A stretch of DNA of 64,000 nt from the NCBI RefSeq assembly GCF_006345805.1, contig NC_043012.1, positions 34,968,001 to 35,032,000 on the forward strand, written 5' to 3'. The DNA is from Octopus sinensis. Taxonomy: Eukaryota. The notes below the pieces were generated by a model. It worked only from the letters and a program-made list of their open reading frames with translations. It ran no database searches and had not been told where the DNA came from. This document shows positions 39,200 to 49,868 of this stretch, piece after piece. Position numbers and translations under genes: made by a program. Each line of letters opens with the position of its first letter. Position 1 is the stretch's first letter.

Positions 39200-39600
39200 T
39201 TTGTTATTTTTGTTTGTTGTGTTCAATTATATTTTTAAAGTTAGAACTAAAGCTAATTTTTAAGTTGTGCCTATTAAAGAGTTTTCTATAATTATGATTG
39301 ATTGGAAAATGCCTATCTATAAGTGATAAGAAATATCTACCTGTATTAAAGGTCACTTTGGGGGAGTATGGTGGTGTGAACCAGATAATTTTCCTATTCC
39401 TATTTTGCCTTTTCTTTGTTACTGCACTAATGACAGGTGTATAGGTTATTTCCTTGCTAAAACCACTATCTTTTAGAGCTTTATTATATATTGGGGCAGC
39501 ACTATTAAAAATGTTTATATTGGAGAAGAGGCTAGAAATTCTCTTGCTAATGTTTTTAACTAAATTCTTAAATACTATGGGGGAATGGCAGGAACCTACA
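39200..39600 (-). mobile_element. Penelope-like element fragment (region after RT, before GIY-YIG)
   Basis: ORF 39204..39644: SCHSPIVFKNLVKNISKRISSL..YNKALKDSGF..RNRKIIWFTPPYS..LFNRHNLKISFS. Confidence 0.85.
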
Positions 39601-40200
39601 TTAATATAGCTAAGTCTATCGGTGTAGATGTGTTTGGCAGACACAGGATATCAATCGTCTGGAAGCTGTTCAGCGACGTGCAACCAAAGGAATACCCTCC
39701 ATCAGGCATTTGCCATATTCTGAATGCCTTACTTCCCTGGGCATGGACACATTGAAACTCCGACGTCTGGCAGCTGACTTGGCAGACACCCATAAAATTA
39801 TTAACCATCTTACAAACAATAACTCTGAGCACCTTTTCAAACTCCACCCATCTAACACCCGTGGACATATTTACAAAGTCAGAAAACAGCACAGCTCCCA
39901 TGACTTTAGGAGACATTTTTTCACGCTGAGAGTTGCTGAGGCATGGAACAAGCTGCCGGCATCAGTTGTTAGTTGTCGGAGCACAGCATCCTTCAAAACT
40001 TCCATGCTTTCTGAGATTCACCAACACTACACCTGATTTCCTCCCCTCCATGCACACACAAGCATGTATCTGACTCATACATTGTTCGCTTTCCAGACAT
40101 TTGTACATTACTGCATATACTCTATACGCACTTTCTGACAAGTTGTGGTGCACCTGAGCACTGTATACAATAATTTCATTATTATTATTATTATTATTAT
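39600..40200 (+). mobile_element. CR1-clade LINE 3' portion
   Basis: ORF 39710..40036 (LGMDTLKLRRLAADL..NTRGH..FFTLRVAEAWNKLP); (ATT)n tail. Confidence 0.88.
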
Positions 40201-40239
40201 CTACACCAATGTAGATGTATTCGTGTATATACATATATG

Positions 40240-40712
40240 ACTCATTTGTATATTCAAGTTTTGCGGCAAATGTGAATGTTTTATGGTTTATGTTTTTTGC
40301 ATATGTGTTTTTATTTGTATATACATCTATCCGCGTATGTATGTGCATGTGCGTATAGACTACGTTTTGTATATCTGCATATATATGTGTATGTGTGGAT
40401 AGAGATGTGTATATGAACATAATGATGCGTGCGTTTTTCTGTATGTGCTTTTATTTGTATATATGTCTTTCTGTGTATGTATATGCATGTGCGTATAAAC
40501 TATGTTTCGTATATCCACGTATGTATGTGAGTGTGCGTGTAGAGATGTGAATATAATCGGTGATGCGTGCATGGGTATATATGTGTGTGTATGCGCGTGT
40601 ATGCGTAGACATATATGTATATATGTGTTTGTATGTATATGTACAAGTGTGTGTGAGTATATATATAGATATATATATACATACGTGTTTGTATGTGTGC
40701 ATATGTGGATTC
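40240..40712. repeat. Low-complexity (AT/GT)n region with an internal ~120-bp duplication
   Basis: ttttatttgtatata..gtgcgtata..cta.gttt repeats at about 40310 and 40450. Confidence 0.7.
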
Positions 40713-40899
40713 TATGAATGAAGTATTACTTTCCCCATGCCTATTCGAGTAATTTCCCTTTATTCAACGTTTTTTTTTTCATAGCGTTTGTCTTAATAAC
40801 TGATGAGATATCGGAGCAGACTGCTTACAGCAGTGCTTGAAAGGAAGGTGTGTAGTGTGTGATCGTAACATTGACCATAACAGAGAAGATCTTCAAGGC

Positions 40900-41285
40900 G
40901 ATACCTGCTCAAAGGCCGACACAAAGTTGCAGGAATTGTATGAGTTGCACAGAAGTGTACGAGAAGTTCAGACATCTCCAAGATGGCCAATAAAATATTG
41001 ATATAGACAAACGTTCTCGGAGACCTGTAACCAGCAGAACTGGGAAAAACATTGCAGATGGGTGTGTAGTTGTGAAGGAAAATCAGCGGATGTGCAGACT
41101 AGTTACAGTTCAGTTCAGTCCATTATTATAGAAGATTTGGGTGTGAGGCACGTGTCTGTCAAGTCTGTGCCAAAACTGCTTTCAGCTGACCTAAAAGACA
41201 CTCGGGTTTCAGTTGCACAAGATCTCCTTAATTGTGTTGAGAACAATGAAAACTTAGCATAGACTTCTGAGCTGGTATCAAACTT
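40900..41285 (+). mobile_element. Mariner transposase fragment
   Basis: EDLGVRHVSVKSVPKLLSADLKDTRVSVAQDLLNCVENNEN (WVP-like linker region). Confidence 0.7.
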
Positions 41286-41779
41286 TCTCTGTCATCATCA
41301 ATGCAATGATCACATGCTACACACTTACCTTCCAAGTACTGCTATAAACAGCGAAGTGATCTAGAATGTTAAAACTTAGTGTACATGCACAGCAGAATTC
41401 AAGGTCAATCCGTGCTATGCAGTTTCACTCTATGTGCTTTGGCTTTGTTATTATGGCAGCAGTTGGGAGATCCTTATTGATCATACCACACACAAGTTTC
41501 TGCCTACCAAATTTTAATCTGAAGGCATTGGTCAACCTTAGGCCATAGAAGGACACATATTTCTAAGGTGCCACACAATGGGATTGAGGCCAGAACTATG
41601 TGGTTGCAGAGCAAACTTCTTAATAACAAAATCATGCATGTGCCTATATTTTGATATGAAAAATGTGTTTGTGTGTATACATACATACATAGACATGCAT
41701 ACATGCATATTACATTGCATTGAAATTTCTTGTTGCTTCAATGAATGAGGATTCAGCAGGACACTGATGGACAGTGTTC

Positions 41780-42240
41780 TTAGTTTGACATTTTGTGGTC
41801 TCATATGGGAATACAAACCTATCTGGGATTTGCAGATCCTGTTACAGATGTTGCAGTGGTGGTAGATTGGACCTGGCTCTGTGCTCAGCTCTTTTCTCTC
41901 TCACGGTGTTGTTTCTGGCTGCTTCAAAGTCGCAGATGGTTTTGTAGCAAAAGCTCCTTGACTGAGCTCCAGTCAGTTCCACTATTTCCCATGTCTTCAT
42001 ATTCATCTTGAAGACTTTAGAGTAACTTTACAATGGAGTAGCAAGTGACCTTGGTGCCTGGCAACAGAGTTAAGCTGGCCATAAAAGAGGGTTTTAGGTA
42101 AGCAAGTTTCTTCCATGCATACCACATGGCCAACCCACTTCAGTTGTACTTTGATATGGTAATTCTTTACGCCTTGAAAGTCACATCTTGTAACAACCTC
42201 TGTATTGCAGACTTTGTCCTGTAACTTGATTTACTAGTTA
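41780..42240 (-). mobile_element. RTE-clade LINE 3' fragment with a terminal C2H2 finger
   Basis: Minus translation QLKWVGHVVCMEETCLPKTLFYGQL..HCNICNRICKSQIGLYSHMR. Confidence 0.75.
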
Positions 42241-42289
42241 GTCTTGGGAAAACCTAGGTAATGTTTCCTCCCATGCCAAGACAAACTTA

Positions 42290-43290
42290 TTCTGGACCAA
42301 ACATCTTTGTAAATGGAACAAGGTTAGAAATCAATGACACCTTTGTTTACCACTGTCAAGAGATGGTGGTCTTGATGCAGAGATATACTATCGAATAGAG
42401 AAAGAATGTGTTGCATTTGGAAAGCTCAGAAAGTGAGTATGGGCAGATAGAGGTATTTTCTTGCAGACAAAAGTCAGTGTCTGTAAAATGCTTGTATTAA
42501 CAGCACTTCTTTATTTGGGTGAGACATGGACCACTTACAAGCATCATATGAAAATGCTGGAGAGATTTCATCAAAAGTGCCTCAGACGTCAAGTGGCAAT
42601 GTTTCATACTAGATACAGAAGTTTTGCACATGGCACGTAGTAGCTGAATTGAACAACATGTTATCTTGGCTCAAATGAGATCGGCTGAACATGTTATTAG
42701 AATAAAAGATGAGCGATTTCCAAAGTGTCTTTTTTATGGTGAGCTCAACATAAGCCGAGGAAGCAGTATAAAGACTGTGTAAAGGAAAACCTGAAGAAAC
42801 TAGATATGAACAAAAGTGATTGGGAAACTGATGTTCTGGTTTGGAACAAGTGGAGAGGTGCTGTTAGGACTGGTTGCAACACCTGGGAGGAAAAAATAAT
42901 CAAGCACTTTGAGCCAGTTGTAAAGGAACAATTGGAACTAAAATACAGAGTGAATATTGGATATATGTATTATGTGTGATCGTGTTCTGTTGTCAGAAGC
43001 AGGATACAGGAATCATATGAAGTCACATGAAAATCGAAATGCCCAGGTAGGTAATGATCTTCAACCCCAACTGCTGATTATGACTTGTGTCATATGTCAC
43101 AAAACTTGTAAGACAATATCTAGACTTAGAAGACATATGCTAGAACACAAAAACATTCCTTTAGGATCAGATTCCAAAGGGCAAAGATGTAGAAGAAATT
43201 TGTATGATATCTGTCACTTGTGTTTTAAACCTTGTCAGCAGCTGGTCTTAAAAGTCAACTGGGTGTGGTGTGTGTTGATGGGATGGCTAT
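42290..43290 (+). mobile_element. RTE-clade LINE 3' portion ending in C2H2 zinc fingers
   Basis: DGGLDAEIYYRI..AFGKLR..TKVSV..LLYLGETWTTY..LERFHQKCLRR, then ORF 42957..43367 with CxxC-x12-H-x3-H motifs. Confidence 0.82.
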
Positions 43291-43529
43291 CATCTGTCAA
43301 GATGAAGCAATCATCATATATATATATATATAAATGGATGAATGAATTATCCTTTGTTTACCATTAACATGGAAAATTCAATAAACAGTTACTAGGGTAA
43401 CAAAATTCAAGCAAGTAACAAGGAGGTAGCAACCTATTCAAAGGTAGAAATTCCGGGTTAATGTGCAGTAATTTGTGTATTATAAGTAGATAAATGGAGT
43501 TGAACGCAGATGCTATTCAAAATCTTTTA

Positions 43530-43615
43530 CTTTCGACATATGTTTCAAAGACAACATTGGTTTTATTCCAAAGGAATAAACGGTGTAAAAAAATGCAATC
43601 TTCTCATCAGGAAAG
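43530..43615 (-). ncRNA. Type I hammerhead motif in the left arm of an inverted repeat (ULK3 sense strand, intron 1)
   Basis: CUUUC-CUGAUGA-GAAGA..UCUUU-GAAA-CAUAUG-UC/GAAAG; G-U at the base of stem II. Confidence 0.7.
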
Positions 43616-43688
43616 AAAGAGAACCTATCTCAACAACAAAACATTATAACAATTTATAACATTATAACAATTGAGATAGGTTCTCTTT

Positions 43689-43771
43689 CTTTCCTGATGA
43701 GAAGGTTGCATTTTACACCATTTATTCCTTTGGAATTAAACCAACGTTGTCTTCGAAACATATGTCGAAAG
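43689..43771 (+). ncRNA. Type I hammerhead motif in the right arm of an inverted repeat
   Basis: CUUUC-CUGAUGA-GAAG..CUUC-GAAA-CAUAUG-UC/GAAAG; predicted cleavage after 43766. Confidence 0.75.
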
Positions 43772-43816
43772 TAAAAGAATTTGAATAGCATCTGCGTTCA
43801 ACTCCATTTATTTACT

Positions 43817-43859
<43 letters not shown>

Positions 43860-43864
<5 letters not shown>

Positions 43865-44010
43865 CGCTGAGCTTCTTTCAGTTTCTGACTACCAAATCAA
43901 CTCACAAGGCTTTGGTCAGCCTGAGGCTATAGTAGAAGATAGCTGCTCAAAGTGCCACTGAACCTGGAACCATGTGGTTGGGAAGTAAGCTTCTTACTAC
44001 ACAGCCAAGT
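43860..44010 (-). mobile_element. SINE family B 5' half
   Basis: Partial homology. Confidence 0.7.
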
Positions 44011-44634
44011 CTACACAAGTCACTTTCAATCTAGAATCATAACCTTCAGAAAGTGCACCCACAAGACACAATTTATACTCTATGCAACAATCACTTCACG
44101 AAGTAAGACAACTGACCTGACATGTACTCAATACATCAACATCCAACAGAATAACACGAAATACACCCTTATATAACTGATACTCAAGTTTCTTGCACCA
44201 CAACTCATATTGTGCACAACTGTACCTGTTAACACAACAAAAACCACACACCACAGATTCTACACAGCAGACAAAATACTAAAATAAATTAAAAAAACAA
44301 GGTGCCTCATCGAAGCAACTGATATAACACAGAAACATAATTCTATAATCCCAGAAAGCAATAAAGCACACACCTCACAGTAGTGCAGAGGTGCATCTGC
44401 TCGTGCAGAAGGAACTCACATAAAACTGTTGAAAATATGAAGCGAACAATAATGGTTTCTTACATAAAACACAGGACACAATTCTGAAAGGGGCCAACAA
44501 TCAGTTATATCGTCCCCAAGTATTTGACAGGTATTTTTTTTTAAGGACCCTTGAAGGATAAATGCAAAGTTGAGTTCAGCAGGATTTGAACTCAGAACAT
44601 AAGTCAGCATATGAAGAGCTGGAATAAATATTGG

Positions 44635-44830
44635 TTTCCCATTTTGGCACAAGGCCAGCTGTTTTGGGGGGAGGGGCTAAGTTGATTACATTAACCCTAG
44701 TACTGACTCTGAAAGGATGAAAGGCAAAAATCAATCTCAGCTGAATTTGAACCCAGAATGTAAAGATGGGTGAAATATCGCTAAGCCCAGCATACTAACA
44801 ATTCTGCCTGAAAAGCATTTTGTCTAACAC
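44635..44830 (-). mobile_element. SINE family C, diverged
   Basis: gaaaggatgaaaggcaaa and gaatttgaacccagaatgtaaag match the family. Confidence 0.65.
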
Positions 44831-45673
44831 TTTAGTGATTCTGCCAAATAATAACAGTACATTTATATTACGGAGATGTACTTGCATAGCAAGTGACCTG
44901 ATCTGAGATCATGTGCTGGAACGAAAACAATTGCAACGTGGAAGGTGTTTATAAGCCATTTAAGAAACACACAAAAACTGTTAGATCCCCTTCATCATTT
45001 AAATCTAATTTGTCAAAATAGTTTTGGCACTTTGAGACCGCGACCTGTTCACTGACAAAATTCTGTGCTGCATCAGTTTGTTGAGTACATTTATAAATAG
45101 CAAAGAAATACTAAAGGACTATCATGTGTTGCTGAAAAGCTAAGGAACTGCAACTACTTAGGGGCTGAATTAAAACCATTTTGGCAGTAATCTGCCTTCC
45201 AATTTGTAACAGGTACATCTGCAGTCATATACAATCACTTGTGTAAAAACACAGGTAGATTTACAGGTACCAGAAAACACAAATACCAGGATCTGTAGCT
45301 AGTGTAGGCTATTCACACAGAGAATTTACTAACCTTCATGTATGTTTTCCAAGATGTACTCAACTATTTTTAATGTAATAAAAGAAAATTCTTACTGTAT
45401 TTATCTATGAATAATAATGATAACGATTTCTACAAGGTCAGAACTATGAATAATTGACTGACGTAGCATCATAATGGTTGGCCTTGTGGCCAGTGGAAGT
45501 TAGCAAAACACCAAATCTTTAGAATCAGAATTACAAGAAAAATGAGTGTATCTAAAACACTGGAGCTTAGTTTTCTACACAACCAATTCTTAGTTGAAAA
45601 CTTATGGAGGCCTATTTGGTCTTCTGTTGGGCTCCAGGTCAGCTTGACTGAGCAGTCCTAGGAATCATAGGTA

Positions 45674-46370
45674 CAAGGTGCATTCCAGAAGTTTTGAGAC
45701 TTTTTTCAAGTATGACATTCATTAATTTCAAAGATGTTCAAAACTCTAATCTTCTTCAAAATAAGATCCTTTGATTTTAATGCAAATTGTGATAGTGCTC
45801 CAAACACTTCATGAAGGCCCCATGGAAGTCCTCCAAATTGAAGGTGTCCAAGACCCTTGTCAGACTCCTTCAGCTGGGGGAACAACTAAAGGTCACAAGG
45901 CCTGGATTGTTGTGAGGATGAGGGATAGATTTGATGCCCATCTTTGTCAAGTAATTGGTTACCAGGATGTAATTGTAGACTGGCGTGTTGTCCTGGTACA
46001 GGTTTTTCTGGCCTTTTGTGATGAAATCTTTTCCTGAACTCCCTCAAAACATCCACAAAGTATTCTTTGCTAAACCATTTAGTCAGAAGAATCCAGTAGA
46101 TGATGCCCTTGCTGTCAAAAAAAGGGGATCATCATGAACTTCCCATAGGACATGCTTTTCCTGGCTTCTTGTGCCAGGAAAAGGAAAAAAGGTGCAAGCT
46201 TCTGTAACGTTTTTGCCTAGTTTGATACAAAATTCTATTGCATAGGAAGCTTCCAATTTATTTTCACATCCTGCTCACTAGTCAGCTGAGACAAGCACTG
46301 TTTAGTAGGGTGTGCTCAGATTGATATTTCAGTCGTATCCTTGAATCTGGAATAACAAAAGTTGGCTGTA
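45674..46370 (-). mobile_element. Mariner element 3' portion
   Basis: Minus translation QDNTPVYNYILVTNYLTKMGIKSIPHP; TIR caaggtgcattccagaagttttgagac after TA. Confidence 0.8.
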
Positions 46371-46395
46371 GGTCAGCTACTAAGATATATAATAA

Positions 46396-46703
46396 GGAGC
46401 ACTCCGTCGGTTATGACGATGAGGGGGGGTCCCAGCTGATATGATCAACAGAACAGCCTGCTCATGAAATTAACGTGCAAGTGACTGAGCAATCCACAGA
46501 CACACGTACCCCTAACGTAGGGAGATTCAGCATGTGACGAAGCCGGCCCTTTGAAATACAGGTACAACTCATTTTTGCCAGCTGAGTGGACTGGAGCAAC
46601 GTGAAATAAAGTGTCTTGCTCAAGAACACGTGTCACTGGGAATTGAACTCACGCCCTTACAGTCATGAGCCGAATGCCCTAACCACTAAGCCACACGCCT
46701 TCA
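46396..46703 (-). mobile_element. tRNA-derived SINE, head/body-2 + tail-1
   Basis: Head gaaggcgtgtggcttagtggttagg, body cttgagcaagacactttatttcacgttgctccag, tail shared with 1805 and 15855. Confidence 0.78.
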
Positions 46704-46729
46704 TGTGGTATATAATAATGGCTAAAATA

Positions 46730-46932
46730 CAAAGTGCATTCCAGAAGTTTTGAGACTTTTTTAAGTGAGGCAGTTATAGCCTCACTTAAAGCCTCTTTAG
46801 CTGATATAGATTATTATGATTTTAGTGTACCATTATTATATATCTTGATATACTAAAATCATAATAAATCTATAACAGCTAAAAAAAACTGCCTCACCTA
46901 AAAACGTCTCAAAACTTCTGGAATGCACTTTG
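46730..46932. mobile_element. 203-bp mariner-derived MITE (TA TSD)
   Basis: TA|caaagtgcattccagaagttttgagac...gtctcaaaacttctggaatgcactttg|TA; almost entirely palindromic. Confidence 0.9.
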
Positions 46933-47630
46933 TATTTTAGCCAGGGTCAGCTCACCTTATTTTCAGACAGAGTATCTAGGACAGTGATGGTGAACCTATG
47001 ACAAGTGAATCTACAATGAGGCCCAGTAGGGATTTTTGTGGGGTGACCAACAATGATCATGGTTCAATCCCACAGCATGACACCTTGGGCAAGTGTCTTC
47101 TTTGGCTCTGGGTTGACCAAATCCTTGTGACTTCATTTGGTTGATGAAACCTGAAAGAAGGGTTTAATACATAGTTTAACACCCGGTCACCAAAAAATAA
47201 ATAAGTAAATAAATAGATAAAGCAGTCTAATAGGTGTAAAAAAATGTGTAGAAAACGAATATGAAAACCAAAATTTGCCCAAATGAACAGGGTGGGTGGG
47301 GAGAGGACTTTCAGAAAATTCACACAATCTGATTTTTTCCCTCATAACTTTCAGGAAAATGGATGTCTTTAAATGAAAGTTTATACAAATACTTTTCAAA
47401 AGGCATAGATTATAATTATAAAGAAATTGGGGGTGGGGTGGAATTTTTTCCATGGGGTGAGGAGAGGAGTTTCAGATCAAGAAGACCACATAAGTTAGAA
47501 TTTCTCCATTTTGACGGGGATTTTTCCAATTGTTTTTCACCACAGACTTCAAAATGATGGAGAGCATCTTTTTATGAAAAAAAATGGTTTGGAAAATTTA
47601 TGATCTTTTTTACTCTCCTCACCCTTTAAT

Positions 47631-48080
47631 CATCATCATCATCATCATCGTTTAACATCCGCTTTCCATGCTAGCATGGGTTGGACGTATGACTGAGGGC
47701 TGGTGAACCAGATGGCTGCACCAGACTTCAATCTTGATCTGGCAGAGTTTCTAAAGCTGGATGCCCTTCCTAATGCCAAGCACTCCATGAGTGTAGTGGG
47801 TGCTTTTACATGCCACAGGCACGGGGCCAGTTAGCCGGCACTGGCAATGACCTCGCTTGAATCTTTTACACATGCCACCGGCACAGGTGCCAGTAAGGCG
47901 ATGCTGGTAACGATCACGCTCAAATGGTGTCTTTTACGTGCCACTGGCACGGAGGCCAGATAGCCACTCTGGTAACGATCACGCCTGGATGGTGCTATTA
48001 ATACCCTACTAGCACGGGGCTTGAGTGCCAGTAATGCGACGCTGGTAACGACCACGCTTGAATGGTGCCTTTTAAGTGCC
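47631..48080 (-). mobile_element. Family A
   Basis: Homology. Confidence 0.82.
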
Positions 48081-49354
48081 AATGATGGTACCAATGGACC
48101 ACATGCATGCTCCATTGGTGAGATCAACAAAAAAAATGGTAATTTAAACTTTTACTCCAACTTTAATTAAGCGAGGCCATGTGTGTAAGAAAAAACAAAA
48201 CAAAACATTTTCTAACAGAAAGTATGCTATTTAAAATGAATTATCTTTAACATAGCTATTTTTTAAAAATCACTTGATAAATACCAGAAATGACCTCAGG
48301 TTCTCTAATATTTTAAATTACAAATAGAAACAATCAGGGGTGGCGAGTCGGGTTGAAGAAAAATCATAAATTTTGGAAATTTTTTTATAGCATAAATGTG
48401 TTTATGGGGAGAAAAATATTGGAAAACATCAATACATGCGAGAGTAAGAAAGAAACGAGGAGGGTTGTTTTGGGATGTGCTAGAAATGGCAGCCAAATCT
48501 CCCTTAAATCACACTTTTCCCTCTGAAAATATTTACAATTTCTGTCTTGTTTTTACTGAAAAGGCTCCTCCCATAGGGCAAAAAATTAGCCAAAATCGGT
48601 CCGGAGGCGGGGATAGAGGGGGGAGTAAAAAAAACAGAACTTATGTGGTCTTCCTGATCCAAAACACCGTTTTTTCAAATCTTTTCTCCCCACATCCAGG
48701 ATAAAATTTTGGTAAATTTTTACAAACTCACCCTCACACTTTGCACCCACAAAAAAAAATTGGATTTTTCACATGGAATCAACTCCCCTGATCACAAATT
48801 CCTTATTTTGGTGGTTCGGTAAAAAAAAAAAAAGTAGGGGGTGACCCCCACCCCTCGCCTCGGATTCTTTGGAAAATTTGTTTTTCACCGTTGAATGAAT
48901 TACGGTGAGCTTTTTAATATGCCACAAAACCAGGGGCTGGAACCCTCGGAAATTCCCACCCTTTCCAATTTCACAGGGAAAATTTTTACACGAGGGTCAG
49001 TACTTGTTCGCAAGGGAACCTTTCCAGTAGCATTCGTCCTTTTGGAAATAACCAAATCTCCCTAAGGCATCCTGCACTGTCTTTGTTGAGCAAAACCTAC
49101 CAGTACGGTGTGTATATGTCTGTGTGTATGTGTTTGTGTATATGTATGTGTGGCAATAAAAAGCCCTATTTCTGAATCAATGCCATTTGAAAGGTACCTC
49201 TATAAAACTTCACTAATATATATATCTTCACTAATATATATCCGTTTTCCTGGAAGTTTCGAGGCAAAATCGGATTGTGTGAATTTTCCTGAAAATCCTC
49301 TCCTCAACAAACCCCGTTCGTTTGTGCAAATTTTTTGTTTTCATATTCGTTTTC

Positions 49355-49868
49355 GGTACTACTAGCGAACAGTGGTCCCGGTGCGCGCACACGCGTACTC
49401 GCGCTAGCTAGTCATGACTAGTCGATCCTTACTTTGTGTTTTTGTGTGTTATTTACTTTGTTAAACAAAAATTATTTACTTTGTGTAAAAAAACCTAGGG
49501 TTTCTGTTATCTTCAGAAATGTAAACAAAGCCACTTCCGGTAATTACGGTACGTATACCGAAGGATCAACAAAAAATTATTTATTTTGTGTTTTATTGGC
49601 GAACCTTCGGTATATGTACCGGTGTAAGTACCGGATACATTTCAAGAAAGTGGGTTTTTTTTTATATACATGGGGGGTTAGGGTTAGGGGTGGAAGAAAA
49701 GGGTTTCTGTTATCTTCAGAAATGTAAACAAATTCACGTGTGTACCTATACCGAAGTATCGCCGTTTTATTTACTTTGCTACGTAGTCGTTGTAGGATCG
49801 ACTAGTCACGACTAGCTACCGTGGATGCGCGAGTGCGCGCACCGGGACCGCTGTTTGCTAGTAGTACC
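49355..49868. mobile_element. 514-bp CpG-rich MITE, ~75-bp TIRs, 9-bp TSD (MULE- or Merlin-type)
   Basis: ttcgttttc|ggtact...agtacc|ttcgttttc. Confidence 0.9.

Larger units (their letters stand above)
43481..43820. repeat. Inverted repeat with ~150-bp arms (43481-43633 / 43671-43820), Penelope pseudo-LTR-like
   Basis: Arms are near-exact reverse complements; the spacer holds a short acattataacaatt duplication. Confidence 0.92.

Noticed and set aside
41325-41370. Minus-strand donor after ILDHFAVYSSTWK, considered as ULK3 exon 1
   Set aside because: Lacks the Gly-rich loop; the true exon 1 is at 51669-51773
41780-43290. Back-to-back RTE fragments as a twin-priming 5' inversion
   Set aside because: Both pieces cover the same C-terminal region and differ in sequence, so they are independent insertions
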